Shown: piece after piece, positions 30,223-40,902 of the stretch
How the letters are laid out: each line of letters begins with the position of its first letter
Numbering within the stretch: the first letter of the stretch is position 1
Assembly (NCBI GenBank): GCA_003216035.1
Contig: QCJM01000002.1
Coordinates: forward strand, 82,426 to 146,425
DNA: 64,000 bases
Reading direction: 5' to 3'
DNA from: Prochlorococcus sp. AG-409-B13
Lineage (GTDB): Bacteria > Cyanobacteriota > Cyanobacteriia > PCC-6307 > Cyanobiaceae
Made by a program: the position numbers and the translations under genes
Notes under the pieces: generated by a model
The model's database searches: none
What the model was told of the DNA's origin: nothing
Seen by the model: only the letters and a program-made list of their open reading frames with translations

Positions 30223-31551
30223 TTAGCGTCCTGCAACCTTGAGAATAGTCTTAATTGTTCGCAGAAGTATTAATAAATCTAGCCATGTACTAAAGTTCTT
30301 TAAGTAATACAAATCATAAGACAACTTAAGTTCAGAATCTTCAATACTTGAAGCATAAGGTGCACAAACTTGGGCCCAACCACTCAACCCAGGGCGCATC
30401 CAATGCCGTTTTCGATAATGAGGAATACTTACCTCTAACTGAAGTTCTAATTCTGGTCGCTCAGGCCTTGGTCCAATAAGGCTCATTTCCCCAGCAACAA
30501 CATTAATAAGTTGTGGCAACTCATCAATTCGAGTCCTCCTTAACCAATGACCCACTCGTGTTATTCGATCGTCACCGGGCAAAGTCCAGGTCACAGGTGC
30601 ATACGGAGAAGCAACCTTCATAGTTCGAAGCTTCAAAACTTTGAAAGATTGCCCCAACCAACCGCTCCGCTCTTGTACATAAAACACTGAACCTCGATCT
30701 TCCATCCAAATCAAAAAAGCTGCAATCAAAACCACAGGGGCCGTAACGGCCAAAAGCAGTAATGCCAATAGGACATCAGCAACTCTCTTCAATTGGCGCT
30801 GAGGACTAAATAAAGCGTTCCAAGGAATTTCTGCATAACTAAGCCATGGATCAGGAAGCAAAGCAGGAGGGATTCGCTCAAGTTGACGCTCTGCAAGAGC
30901 TAATGGAGTTGTGAGATTGCACTCTCGAGGATCTCGAAGTTCAAGCTCCTCAAGTAGTAACCGATATTTAGGCTCATGACGCACACTTGGTGACACAGCT
31001 AAAACAACTGGGCTAGGTTCTAAAGATGCCACCTCTGAAGGCAACCATCTCGGCATTATTCGTCTAGGCGTGAGATTCCAAGCCTGAAGTGCTTTTAGTG
31101 CTTCCTCTTCGGGAGCTACAAGAATTAATTTAGGTTCTTCTGCCTGCAGCGCACCACGGCGCAAGCCCACTCGAACCATCAAAGACCATAGAGTTGTCGG
31201 AAACAGCCAAGAGACCTGACTACTTCTAAAAACAAGCCATATTTCTAAAGATGGATTAATCGCCCACCGCAAAATCGCCACAAACATCAAGGTTGTGACC
31301 AGACATAAACCTAAACGTTGTATAAGCGTCCAACGAGAAAGACGAGGCCACCCAAGAACTGTATAAGTGCCCAACAACCAACCAAAAAGCAAATAAGCAA
31401 TAACTGTGATCCCTATCCAGGTTGACTGACTTGAAAGAGATTTCCCCCAAATGGTTGCCACACCAAACAAGATCAGCACCATCCCTAAAAGGTCTAGTAC
31501 TGCACAAAGCAAAAGAATTCGGCGAGGATTACGCCAGGACAACTTCATCAA
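30223..31551 (-). CDS. Polyprenyl-phosphate glycosyl-1-phosphate transferase (bacterial sugar transferase, WbaP-like)
   Basis: It has N-terminal TM helices. The C-terminal domain carries RIDELPQLINVVAGEMSLIGPRPERPE and the LKPGLSGWAQV-like motif (MRPGLSGWAQV). Confidence 0.85.
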   Translation of the reverse strand: MMKLSWRNPRRILLLCAVLDLLGMVLILFGVATIWGKSLSSQSTWIGITVIAYLLFGWLLGTYTVLGWPRLSRWTLIQRLGLCLVTTLMFVAILRWAINPSLEIWLVFRSSQVSWLFPTTLWSLMVRVGLRRGALQAEEPKLILVAPEEEALKALQAWNLTPRRIMPRWLPSEVASLEPSPVVLAVSPSVRHEPKYRLLLEELELRDPRECNLTTPLALAERQLERIPPALLPDPWLSYAEIPWNALFSPQRQLKRVADVLLALLLLAVTAPVVLIAAFLIWMEDRGSVFYVQERSGWLGQSFKVLKLRTMKVASPYAPVTWTLPGDDRITRVGHWLRRTRIDELPQLINVVAGEMSLIGPRPERPELELQLEVSIPHYRKRHWMRPGLSGWAQVCAPYASSIEDSELKLSYDLYYLKNFSTWLDLLILLRTIKTILKVAGR

Positions 31552-31612
31552 ACCGACTCACTGAGCCTAAAGCTGTAGTGGGTATCACTAAGAATTGCTT
31601 TTTGATTAATCG

Positions 31613-32659
31613 CTAATCATTTTTTGAAAAATAACCAAATGGATTATCTTTTTGCCAAGCGAATGCATCCCGGCACATATCTACCAAATTTCTTCTGGTC
31701 ACCCAACCCAAGCGATTAGCAGCGAGAGTGGAGTCGGCAATCGAGCAAGAAACATCTCCAGGCCGCCTAGCGACAATTTTGAAGGGCACATCCATAGAAC
31801 TCACACTTTCAAATGCCTTAACCACTTCCAATACTGAATATCCATAACCACATCCCAAATTGATCGTTAAAACTTGAGGCCGTTCTCTCATTAATACTTC
31901 AAGAGCTGCACAGTGACCTTCAGCAAGATCCATTACATGGATGTAATCCCGCACAGGAGTGCCATCCGTAGTAGGCCAATCTCCACCAAATATTTTCAAT
32001 TCCTTTCTCTGCCCTACTGCAACTTGGCAGACGAATGGGAAAAGGTTATTAGGCATGCCATAGGGTGATTCACCAATACGACCACTAGAATGTGCCCCGA
32101 CAGGGTTGAAATATCTCAGACAAGCTATACACCAGCCATCTTCACTTTCTGAGACATCTGTCAATAGCTTCTCCACCGCAGCCTTTGTGCGTCCATAAGG
32201 ACTAATTGGTTGCACAATGGCAGTTTCCTGAATCGGAACTTTCTTGGGATACCCATAAACAGTGGCACTACTGCTAAATACAATCGTTCTGCACCCATGA
32301 CGTTTCATCGCGCCCAACAAAGAGCACGTACCACCAACGTTGACATCCCAATATCGAAGAGGTTGCTGAACAGATTCACCAACTGCCTTCAGGCCTGCGA
32401 AATGAACTACTGCATCAATAGTTTTCTTCTCCTGGGAAAAAGCCATCTCCAAATCTTCCTGGTTACGAATATCGCCTTGAAGCAAAGTGATTCGGTCTCC
32501 CAATCGAACTCCAGCCAACTCAGCCACTCTTCTCAAGGCCTCATTCGAGCTATTGGAATAATTTTCAAGGACAATAAGGTTATGGCCAGCTTCTAAAAGA
32601 GCCAGGCATGTATGACTACCGATGAACCCGGCTCCGCCGGTGATCAACAGTTGAGCCAT
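31613..32659 (-). CDS. galE: UDP-glucose 4-epimerase
   Basis: MAQLLITGGAGFIGSH (Rossmann fold) and the SPYGRTKAAVE (YxxxK) motif are present. The start is placed at the second ATG (32659); the ORF-track start at 32683 adds 8 residues. Confidence 0.9.
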   Translation of the reverse strand: MAQLLITGGAGFIGSHTCLALLEAGHNLIVLENYSNSSNEALRRVAELAGVRLGDRITLLQGDIRNQEDLEMAFSQEKKTIDAVVHFAGLKAVGESVQQPLRYWDVNVGGTCSLLGAMKRHGCRTIVFSSSATVYGYPKKVPIQETAIVQPISPYGRTKAAVEKLLTDVSESEDGWCIACLRYFNPVGAHSSGRIGESPYGMPNNLFPFVCQVAVGQRKELKIFGGDWPTTDGTPVRDYIHVMDLAEGHCAALEVLMRERPQVLTINLGCGYGYSVLEVVKAFESVSSMDVPFKIVARRPGDVSCSIADSTLAANRLGWVTRRNLVDMCRDAFAWQKDNPFGYFSKND

Positions 32660-32715
32660 AAATACTGAAATGTTTTGAAGCAACGATAAGGGTTTTTGGG
32701 CAGTTATCCCGCAAG

Positions 32716-33996
32716 ATGGCAGAAGTTCTCAGCCATAGCGTGGAGAGATTGCAAGGGTTAAGAGGGATGGTGGACCTTTTGCCACAACAAACAGCATTGT
32801 GGCAAAAGATAGAAAACACAGCGCGGCATCACTTCAAACGTGCTGCTATACCTGAAGTCAGGACTCCTCTTCTAGAAAACACTGAGCTCTTCCTAAGAGG
32901 CATAGGAGAGTCCACAGATGTAGTCGGGAAGGAAATGTATTCCTTTCTTGACAGAGGTAACAGAAATTGCACACTCAGACCAGAAGGTACTGCCTCAGTA
33001 GTCCGAGCAGCCATACAACATGGTCTTTTAACTCAAGGTCCCCAAAAGTTCTGGTATGCAGGACCAATGTTTCGATACGAACGGCCTCAGGCAGGCCGGC
33101 AAAGACAATTTCACCAAATTGGGATTGAAGCCCTTGGATTTAAAGACTCTCGCAGTGATGTTGAAGTAATCTCAATTGCATGGGACCTTCTCAGGGATCT
33201 TGGACTCAAAGGGTTAACTCTAGAAATCAACTCATTAGGGGACTTAGCAGACAGGCTTCGTTTTCGTAAGGACCTAATTTCCTGGCTAGAAGAACGTCGT
33301 GGAAATCTCGATGCAAGTTCTCAAGATCGTCTAAAAAGCAACCCATTACGCATATTAGATTCCAAAAATCCTTCAACTCAAGAGCTATTGAAGGATGCAC
33401 CTTCCCTATCAGATGCCCTAGGGGAAGAAAGCAAGACTAGGTTTGAGCAAGTTAAGGAAGGACTTCAAAACCTTAAAATACCTTTCAAACTAAATCCCCT
33501 TTTAGTTAGAGGTTTGGATTACTACACTCATACAGCTTTTGAAATTACCTCCAATCAACTAGGGGCCCAGGCCACAATTTGTGGTGGAGGGCGTTATGAC
33601 GGCTTAATAGAACAACTTGGAGGCACTGCAACCCCCGCCATAGGGTGGGCTCTGGGAATGGAAAGGCTGGTATTACTTACTTCAAAAATTGAACCAGAAA
33701 TAAAAAAGTCTGAAGCAGACGTTTATATAGTTAACCGTGGTGCAAAAGCTGAATCAATTGCATTATTTATTACACGAAGCTTACGATTAAAAAATCGAAT
33801 TGTCGAACTAGATTCAAGCGGTTCTGCTTTCAGCAAGCAACTAAAACGTGCTGACAAAAGTGGGGCACGTTGGGCAATTATAATTGGTGATAGCGAAGCA
33901 GAAAAAGATCAATTTATCCTCAAGGATCTTCGCTCTGAAAAAGTTTCAAGCGGAGAGACATTAAGCATGAAAACTTTATTCCAGCGATTCTCTTAA
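32716..33996 (+). CDS. hisS: Histidine--tRNA ligase
   Basis: RGMVDLLP, class-II motif 2 ([18 protein letters not shown]) and motif 3 (GGGRYDGL) are present. Confidence 0.95.
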   Translation: MAEVLSHSVERLQGLRGMVDLLPQQTALWQKIENTARHHFKRAAIPEVRTPLLENTELFLRGIGESTDVVGKEMYSFLDRGNRNCTLRPEGTASVVRAAIQHGLLTQGPQKFWYAGPMFRYERPQAGRQRQFHQIGIEALGFKDSRSDVEVISIAWDLLRDLGLKGLTLEINSLGDLADRLRFRKDLISWLEERRGNLDASSQDRLKSNPLRILDSKNPSTQELLKDAPSLSDALGEESKTRFEQVKEGLQNLKIPFKLNPLLVRGLDYYTHTAFEITSNQLGAQATICGGGRYDGLIEQLGGTATPAIGWALGMERLVLLTSKIEPEIKKSEADVYIVNRGAKAESIALFITRSLRLKNRIVELDSSGSAFSKQLKRADKSGARWAIIIGDSEAEKDQFILKDLRSEKVSSGETLSMKTLFQRFS

Positions 33997-34027
33997 GTAA
34001 GTTGCAAGCAAATGTCTGTTTTTTTGC

Positions 34028-35482
34028 GTGACCCAATTGCGAACTGAAATAAACAAAGTCTGCTGCATAGGTGCTGGCTATGTCGGAGGCCCAACCATGG
34101 CCGTCATTGCCGATCGTTGTCCAGATATTCAAATAACTGTGGTAGACATGAATGAAAAACGCATTGCAGCGTGGAATTCAGAGAATCTCGAGGAGCTTCC
34201 GATATACGAGCCAGGCCTAGATGAAGTCGTAACTCGTGCAAGAGGTCGGAATCTCAATTTCTCAACTGACGTCGAAGAAGCCATCTCAACCGCAGATATG
34301 GTTTTCATCTCAGTAAATACTCCAACCAAGCGAAAAGGACTAGGTTCAGGCCAAGCGAGTGATTTGAGATGGGTGGAAGCTTGCGCCAGACAAGTCGCTC
34401 AATGCGCTAAAGGCCACACAATAGTTGTTGAAAAAAGCACACTGCCTGTCAGGACTGCAGAAGTAATAGAAGTAATTCTTCAATCAGCACAACAACCAAA
34501 AACAGACCCAAAAGACGTTCGAAGTTTTGTTGTCTTATCCAATCCTGAGTTTCTGGCCGAAGGAACAGCAATTCGCGATTTGGAATGCCCTGACAGGGTT
34601 CTTATAGGGGGAGAAGATTCTGATGCCATTGAATCACTTGCTTCGATTTATAAGCAATGGGTGCCTGAAGAACGCATTCTGCGTACAAACCTCTGGAGCA
34701 GTGAGCTTTCCAAGCTCACTGCTAACGCATTTTTGGCTCAACGCATCAGTTCAATCAATGCTGTAGCAGCTCTTTGTGAAGTAACAGGAGCCGATGTTCG
34801 AGAAGTAGCCAGAGCAATCGGCAGCGATAGTCGTATTGGCCAAAAGTTCTTAAGCTCTGGTCCAGGCTTTGGCGGAAGTTGTTTTAAAAAAGACATCCTA
34901 AATCTAGTTTATTTATGTAATCATTTTGGGCTTCCAGAAGTCGCAAAATATTGGCAAGATGTGGTAACGCTAAATGATTGGCAACAACATCGAATAGCCA
35001 AGCTAGTTGTTAAGAAGCTCTTTGGAACTGTTTCTGGCAAAAGAATAGCTTTACTCGGTTTTGCATTTAAAGCTGATACAAACGACACACGTGAATCCCC
35101 CTCAATTAATGTTGCCAAAGATTTATTAGAAGAAGGTGCTCAACTTGCTATCTATGATCCAAGGGTCATAGAAAAGCAAATCTGTGTTGATCTCCAGAGA
35201 CAATCGAGCACCTCACCTGAAGCAAAGTCTGACTCAAGCAAATCAACACTTAAAGAAGAAGGGGCATGGTGGCCTACCAAAGACGTCAGAGAGGCAATCT
35301 CAGGGGCAGATGCTGTCGTCATACTCACAGAATGGCGTGAATTCAAACATTTAAACTGGATAGAAATTGAATCCAAAATGCGTCAACCTGCTTGGGTTTT
35401 TGATACCAGAGCTGTAGTAGATCCAATTGCTGTTAAATCAGCCGGACTAAAACTATGGAGAGTTGGAGATGGCGTGGCATGA
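34028..35482 (+). CDS. ugd: UDP-glucose 6-dehydrogenase (long form, about 480 aa)
   Basis: CIGAGYVGGPTMAV and the catalytic-Cys motif GFGGSCFKKD are present. The start is GTG. Confidence 0.92.
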   Translation: MTQLRTEINKVCCIGAGYVGGPTMAVIADRCPDIQITVVDMNEKRIAAWNSENLEELPIYEPGLDEVVTRARGRNLNFSTDVEEAISTADMVFISVNTPTKRKGLGSGQASDLRWVEACARQVAQCAKGHTIVVEKSTLPVRTAEVIEVILQSAQQPKTDPKDVRSFVVLSNPEFLAEGTAIRDLECPDRVLIGGEDSDAIESLASIYKQWVPEERILRTNLWSSELSKLTANAFLAQRISSINAVAALCEVTGADVREVARAIGSDSRIGQKFLSSGPGFGGSCFKKDILNLVYLCNHFGLPEVAKYWQDVVTLNDWQQHRIAKLVVKKLFGTVSGKRIALLGFAFKADTNDTRESPSINVAKDLLEEGAQLAIYDPRVIEKQICVDLQRQSSTSPEAKSDSSKSTLKEEGAWWPTKDVREAISGADAVVILTEWREFKHLNWIEIESKMRQPAWVFDTRAVVDPIAVKSAGLKLWRVGDGVA

Positions 35483-36501
35483 GTAAACCATTTTTAGTGA
35501 CAGGCGCTGCAGGGTTTATCGGCGCAGCTCTTGTCAAAAAGCTAATAGCTAATGGTGAGCATGTTATTGGCATTGACAACTTGAATGACTACTACGATCC
35601 GCTCTTAAAAAGAGCTCGACTAAAACAAATTTCAAAAATAGCAGCTCCAAAATCTTGGACGTTTCGCGAACTGTCAATTGAAGATGGAGAATCAATCAAA
35701 GGATTATTTAACGCAATACGTCCACAAATAGTTGTAAATTTAGCTGCTCAAGCTGGAGTCCGATACTCAATAGAAAATCCGTCTGCATACATACAATCAA
35801 ACCTAGTTGGCTTCAATAATATATTAGAGGGATGTCGAAACTTTGAAGTACAAAATCTTGTTTATGCCTCCAGCAGTTCAGTTTATGGAGGGAATAGAAA
35901 CCTACCCTTTCATGAGCAACAAGCTGTAAATCATCCCATCAGTCTTTATGCAGCCTCAAAAAAAGCAAATGAATTAATGGCTCATTCCTACAGTCATCTC
36001 TATCAGCTGCCCTGTACCGGATTACGTTTTTTTACTGTTTATGGGCCCTGGGGCCGCCCAGACATGGCACCTATGCTCTTTGCTAAAGCAATCCTCTCTG
36101 GATCACCTATAAAAGTTTTTAATCATGGAAAAATGCAGAGAGATTTCACCTACATTGATGACATTGTAGAAGGGACTTTAAGATGCTGCTACAAGCCAGC
36201 CACCACGAACCCAGATTTTGACCCATTAACTCCCGACCCTGCCACTGCTGCCGCACCTCACAGAATTTTTAATATAGGAAATTCTCAACCAATAAATTTA
36301 CTCGACTTTATAGAAATGCTTGAAAATGCATTTGGCAAAACTGCGATCAAGGATTACAAACCTATGCAAGATGGGGACGTAGTAGCTACTGCTGCAGACA
36401 CATCTGCACTTCAAGACTGGATCGGGTTTAAACCCTCTACCAGCATTAATGAAGGAGTGAAGAATTTTGCAAATTGGTATCGTGAATTTTACAACATCTA
36501 A
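35479..36501 (+). CDS. NAD-dependent nucleotide-sugar epimerase (UDP-glucuronate 4-epimerase-like)
   Basis: MSKPFLVTGAAGFIGAAL and the YAASKKANE (YxxxK) motif are present. The ATG at 35479 overlaps the ugd TGA (ATGA). Confidence 0.85.
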   Translation: MSKPFLVTGAAGFIGAALVKKLIANGEHVIGIDNLNDYYDPLLKRARLKQISKIAAPKSWTFRELSIEDGESIKGLFNAIRPQIVVNLAAQAGVRYSIENPSAYIQSNLVGFNNILEGCRNFEVQNLVYASSSSVYGGNRNLPFHEQQAVNHPISLYAASKKANELMAHSYSHLYQLPCTGLRFFTVYGPWGRPDMAPMLFAKAILSGSPIKVFNHGKMQRDFTYIDDIVEGTLRCCYKPATTNPDFDPLTPDPATAAAPHRIFNIGNSQPINLLDFIEMLENAFGKTAIKDYKPMQDGDVVATAADTSALQDWIGFKPSTSINEGVKNFANWYREFYNI

Positions 36502-36558
36502 ATTTATAAATTCTCATTGTTACTAAGAAAAATAATATCCAATTAAAATAATTTTTAT

Positions 36559-37665
36559 CTATTTATAAAGTCTCTTCAAGCCTTCTTCTGTGGCTGGTGT
36601 CACGCCACGCTCGGTAATAAAAGATGTCACTAACTTTGCAGGTGTTATGTCAAAAGCTGGGTTAAAGCTTTCACAAGAAGTTGGACTTATCTGCACACTT
36701 GAAATTAATGGCTCTCTTGAAGCTTGAGAAATTAGGCCATAAACTTGAGTCACTTCTAATCCAGATCTTCTTTCAATAGGGACCTCATCTAACCCATCAG
36801 AAATGGACCAATCGATAGTTGAGTAAGGCATAGCCACATAAAATGGCACACCATTATCTTGAGCTGCCAAAGCCTTTAAATAAGTACCGATCTTATTGCA
36901 AACATCTCCTCTACGAGTCACTCGATCACTACCCACAATTACAGCATCAACATCTCCATGCTGCATTAAATGACCACCAGCATTATCAACAATCAAAGTA
37001 TGTGGGATTCCTTCTCTTTCCAACTCAAAAGCTGTAAGGCTTGCACCTTGATTACGAGGCCTGGTTTCATCCACCCAAACATGAACATCTAAGCCTGATC
37101 GATTTGCTTTATATATCGGAGATAGAGCAGTCCCCCAGTCCACGGTTGCCAGCCAACCCGCATTGCAATGTGTCAAAAGATTTAACGGCTTTCTTTGGCA
37201 AGCTTTAGGTCTGCGCTCTGCAAGTACTTTCAAGAGCTCTAAACCATGGTTCCCAATTGATTGGCACATAGCAACATCCTCCTCTGCAATCAAATCCGCC
37301 TCCTGCCTTGCAGCGATAGAACGTTCCGATGGAGGAAGGGGTTTGACCCTATCCAAAACACGCTTAAGCGCCCAGCGCAGATTAATAGCAGTTGGCCTTG
37401 TTTCAATTAATTGATCGAAAGCCATCTTCAAAGCAGAGTCACTTGACTCTTTTTGCAAAGCAAGCATCAAACCATAAGCACCCGTCACGCCAATAAGTGG
37501 GGCGCCACGAACAACCATTTGCCGAATAGATCGCACAGCATCATTACAACTACGAATAGAAATTGTCTCGAAGGAATGAGGAAGTTTTGTTTGATCAATA
37601 ACACCAACAGACCTACCTCCTTTTTCTACCCATATACTTCGCCATGCCTTGCCATCAATATTCAT
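36559..37665 (-). CDS. mtnA: S-methyl-5-thioribose-1-phosphate isomerase (eIF-2B alpha/beta/delta family)
   Basis: VRGAPLIGVTGAYG, LTHCNAGWLATV and VGSDRV...GDVCNKIGTY motifs are present. Confidence 0.9.
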   Translation of the reverse strand: MNIDGKAWRSIWVEKGGRSVGVIDQTKLPHSFETISIRSCNDAVRSIRQMVVRGAPLIGVTGAYGLMLALQKESSDSALKMAFDQLIETRPTAINLRWALKRVLDRVKPLPPSERSIAARQEADLIAEEDVAMCQSIGNHGLELLKVLAERRPKACQRKPLNLLTHCNAGWLATVDWGTALSPIYKANRSGLDVHVWVDETRPRNQGASLTAFELEREGIPHTLIVDNAGGHLMQHGDVDAVIVGSDRVTRRGDVCNKIGTYLKALAAQDNGVPFYVAMPYSTIDWSISDGLDEVPIERRSGLEVTQVYGLISQASREPLISSVQISPTSCESFNPAFDITPAKLVTSFITERGVTPATEEGLKRLYK

Positions 37666-38001
37666 GCGTGTAACTTGAGAAGTCTAGATAGTAGCGAGTC
37701 ATTGAAAATTAAGACATGATCTTGCAACGCAAATTCAGATTTCTAATCCAAGAATTGCCTTCCAATAACAATCATTTTCTTATAAGGGAGATGGCATTTT
37801 CATCATAAAAGATATAGTCACAAATTAACTTCACAAAACTTACGTTAAATTCTGCCAAGTAGATTTCAAGAGATTTAGAGCATAAAAAAGGTTAAAACAG
37901 TCACACTCCTTTAAATTTGCAAGTCAAATTTCTTACTTACTGGGGGCAGTATCAACAAGATTCACTAGAAGCTATTATATAAAGAAGCTAGAAAAAACTA
38001 A

Positions 38002-38925
38002 TTGAACCAGTCAGATTACCCTATTCTTGACGAAGCCCGTTTAGGGGTTATTGGTGGCAGTGGTCTCTACGAGATCAATGGACTAAAAGATACAAAAGAA
38101 CTGGAAATTGATACTCCTTTTGGCAAGCCCTCTGACTCATTGCGAATTGGGAAGGTTGCGGATATAGAAGTGGTTTTTCTTGCTCGCCACGGCAGGCATC
38201 ACACATTTACGCCTACAGAAATTCCATACCAAGCAAATATTTGGGCGCTTCGCTTCTTAAAAGTTCGATGGATAATTTCCCCATCAGCCGTAGGGTCTCT
38301 CAAGGAGCAAGTACGTCCATTAGATATGGTCGTACCAGATCAATTCATTGACCGCACACATCAAAGGCCACTTACATTCTTCTCTGATGGAGCAGTTGCG
38401 CATGTGACGATGGCAGATCCTTTTTGTCAAACACTTTCTCGATTGCTTGCTGACGAAGGAGAAAGTCTGATGCCAGAAGGTCGTCAATTACATAAAGGAG
38501 GAACTTACTTAGCAATGGAAGGTCCAGCTTTTTCTACTCGCGCCGAATCAAACCTTTATCGCAATTGGGGCTGCACAATAATTGGAATGACTAACCATAC
38601 TGAGGCTCGATTAGCTCGAGAAGCTGAGATCGCATATGCTTCGCTAGCCATGGCAACAGACTATGACTGCTGGCATGAAGGTCATGAAAATGTAACTGTA
38701 GAGCAAGTGATTGAAAACCTAAGGACAAATGCTGAGTTGGCTAATAAAATATTAATCTCAACAGCAAAAAAAATTTCCGCTCTAAAGCCATCCAGTGTTG
38801 CCCATCAAGCTTTAAAAAATGGACTGATGACAGCGAAAGAAAAAGTACCCCCTACAACAAGAATGAAGATTGATTTATTCACAAATCCCTATTGGGGTAA
38901 ATTCAAATATTCTGAAGATAAGTAA
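38002..38925 (+). CDS. mtnP: S-methyl-5'-thioadenosine phosphorylase
   Basis: GVIGGSGLY, FLARHGRHH and MTNHTEARLAREAEIAYASLAMATDYDCW are present. The start is TTG. Confidence 0.9.
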   Translation: MNQSDYPILDEARLGVIGGSGLYEINGLKDTKELEIDTPFGKPSDSLRIGKVADIEVVFLARHGRHHTFTPTEIPYQANIWALRFLKVRWIISPSAVGSLKEQVRPLDMVVPDQFIDRTHQRPLTFFSDGAVAHVTMADPFCQTLSRLLADEGESLMPEGRQLHKGGTYLAMEGPAFSTRAESNLYRNWGCTIIGMTNHTEARLAREAEIAYASLAMATDYDCWHEGHENVTVEQVIENLRTNAELANKILISTAKKISALKPSSVAHQALKNGLMTAKEKVPPTTRMKIDLFTNPYWGKFKYSEDK

Positions 38926-38932
38926 TTTCCAT

Positions 38933-38973
38933 AAAAAAAACCCTAGCTATCCAAGAAAAATGGAGAGCTAGGG
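38933..38973 (-). terminator. Rho-independent terminator of the psbEFLJ operon
   Basis: An 8-bp stem (CCCTAGCT 38941-38948 with AGCTAGGG 38966-38973) is followed, on the minus strand, by T8 (A8 at 38933-38940 on the plus strand). It lies 56 nt after the psbJ stop. Confidence 0.7.
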
Positions 38974-39029
38974 AAATAATATTAGTTATTTTTCAACCCA
39001 AGTCTAATTAAGACATGGTGTTAGTTGGT

Positions 39030-39227
39030 TCAAAGCACCACATTCATAGTGTTATAAGAACCATACATGAAAATACCAAGCACGAAAATCACAGCTATAC
39101 CACCACAAGTTGCTACTACCCATAGTGGAAGAGACCCTTCGGTCCAACGCCTTTCCCAAGAAACTGATGGGCGTCCATCTGGCAAGCGATCGGGGATTCG
39201 ACCGTCTGGTCCTCTAAGTTTGCTCAT
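39030..39227 (-). CDS. psbJ: Photosystem II protein J (extended 65-aa picocyanobacterial form)
   Basis: The C-terminal [26 protein letters not shown] is the PsbJ transmembrane signature. The gene is last in the psbE-F-L-J order. Confidence 0.93.
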   Translation of the reverse strand: MSKLRGPDGRIPDRLPDGRPSVSWERRWTEGSLPLWVVATCGGIAVIFVLGIFMYGSYNTMNVVL

Positions 39228-39239
39228 GATTTAGAAAGA

Positions 39240-39359
39240 TCAGTTAAAGAAATAGCTGGAAAACAAAATTCCCATGACAAAAACCAGCAAAAGCCCTAAA
39301 TAAAGACTTGTGCGGTTTAACTCAACCGGCAATTTGTTTGGATTTGGGTTGACTTGCAT
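39240..39359 (-). CDS. psbL: Photosystem II protein L (39 aa; below the ORF-track cutoff)
   Basis: Manual translation of the minus strand gives [39 protein letters not shown], followed by TGA. Confidence 0.93.
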   Translation of the reverse strand: MQVNPNPNKLPVELNRTSLYLGLLLVFVMGILFSSYFFN

Positions 39360-39378
39360 TTCGAGTAATCGTGTTCGA

Positions 39379-39516
39379 TTAACGACGGATAAACTGCATG
39401 GCAGCAATGGCACCTAGGAAAAACACCGTTGGAACTCCCAGGGCATGAACTGCAAAGAATCTAACCGTAAAAATCGGATAGACGCGTGTTGATTGGAGTG
39501 GAGCAGATTGTGTCAT
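39379..39516 (-). CDS. psbF: Cytochrome b559 beta subunit (45 aa; below the ORF-track cutoff)
   Basis: Manual codon-by-codon translation gives [45 protein letters not shown], followed by TAA. The haem-ligand His is present. Confidence 0.95.
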   Translation of the reverse strand: MTQSAPLQSTRVYPIFTVRFFAVHALGVPTVFFLGAIAAMQFIRR

Positions 39517-39519
39517 TGC

Positions 39520-39768
39520 TTATTTCAGACGCAGGTCTAGTTGGGACTTGGATTCAAACCGCTGACTAACAACTGGAGCTTTATTCTCAGCTGCCTGGAA
39601 ATAGGCATCAGGTGTTGGAGTTCCAAAGGTGTCATAGGCAAGGCCAGTTGACACAAATAAGAATCCAGAAACAAAGATCGCCGGCAGGGTCACGATTTGG
39701 ATAACCCAAAACTTGATGTCGGTGAGAATCTCAAAAAACGGGCGTTCCCCGGTGGAGCCGGCAGCCAT
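39520..39768 (-). CDS. psbE: Cytochrome b559 alpha subunit
   Basis: [51 protein letters not shown] is present. The gene sits 3 nt upstream of psbF. Confidence 0.95.
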   Translation of the reverse strand: MAAGSTGERPFFEILTDIKFWVIQIVTLPAIFVSGFLFVSTGLAYDTFGTPTPDAYFQAAENKAPVVSQRFESKSQLDLRLK

Positions 39769-39879
39769 GGCCTCATGCGTATCAGCTCCATGATCCTATC
39801 AATAGTGAGCATGAAGTATGTGCTTGCTAAGCAGGCATGGTTACAGAGCGTTGTGGATTTGGATCCATTAACAGGGCTC

Positions 39880-40890
39880 TCAACCTGCCCAACGAAGCAA
39901 AGTCCCCCTTTCTCCTAGGACAAACCCCTTGGCATGATTAGCTTCAGGGGTGGCATTAAACAAAATTCGAATGAAATTTGAAGGTTGCTGATCTCCAACT
40001 GGATCAACCTTCCATTCATTGCCCCCATCATTACTTACCAATAAAGTCCCATTCCCACCTGCTGCCCAAATGCTTCCACTTGGATCCCATGCCATATCTA
40101 GATAGTTGTATCCGTTTGTGATTGGGATAATTGGTTTTTGCCAATTCTCTACATCACCGGACTGATCACTTAAACGAATTTCAGCACCCCTAGAAAGCAT
40201 CCAAAGTTCACCATTAGGTTGGTAACCAACACTTTGTACTCGCTTACTACTAGCCCTCTGATGAGGCTCCCAACTGTCTTGTCCAGGAGAAAGAGTCGCG
40301 AAGAAATTACCAAGACTGCTCACGCTTACATAGGCACCATCAGAACTGCGCCTCAGGTCTCGAATTCCACCAGATGCATCACTAACCTTGCCCTCCCAAG
40401 TCGCTCCTCCATCATTTGTGCGATAAACCGCTCCAGCTGTAGTTGCTAGTTCTGCAGCATCTTGACTCAGAGTTGTAATTAAATATGGATCTCCAGGCAA
40501 TTTGCTGCCGAGATCTAACCTTGTCCAATTTTGGCCAGCATCATTGCTATGCAAAACCAAAGATGGTTGACCAGCTATCCAACCCTCATCACCATTAAAA
40601 TCAATACTGATTAAACGAAAATTTTCTTCCTGCGGAAGGTCAAGATTTCTTTCTTTCCAACTTTCGCCTCCATCGAAGGTTTCAAGTATCAAGCGATTTG
40701 TACCAACCAAAAATCCATGATCTGAGTCGGCAAAACTAATATCAAGCGGATTCGCCTGGGTATTCAATTCCACTTCTAGCCAAGGGCTAGAAGTGGCCAC
40801 CTGCAATCTCGTAGTAACGCAGCCACCAAGACCTAGTCCCAGGCAAACCACAAGAAAAAAATTCAAGAAATAAGTAAGTAAGCGGTTCAT
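39880..40890 (-). CDS. ycf48: Photosystem II assembly/stability factor Ycf48 (HCF136 homolog)
   Basis: A lipoprotein-type signal (LGLGLGGC) is followed by repeated beta-propeller units containing DGG.sW ([41 protein letters not shown]). The position between rubredoxin and psbE is conserved. Confidence 0.9.
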   Translation of the reverse strand: MNRLLTYFLNFFLVVCLGLGLGGCVTTRLQVATSSPWLEVELNTQANPLDISFADSDHGFLVGTNRLILETFDGGESWKERNLDLPQEENFRLISIDFNGDEGWIAGQPSLVLHSNDAGQNWTRLDLGSKLPGDPYLITTLSQDAAELATTAGAVYRTNDGGATWEGKVSDASGGIRDLRRSSDGAYVSVSSLGNFFATLSPGQDSWEPHQRASSKRVQSVGYQPNGELWMLSRGAEIRLSDQSGDVENWQKPIIPITNGYNYLDMAWDPSGSIWAAGGNGTLLVSNDGGNEWKVDPVGDQQPSNFIRILFNATPEANHAKGFVLGERGTLLRWAG

Positions 40891-40902
40891 AAATTTGAAA
40901 GG

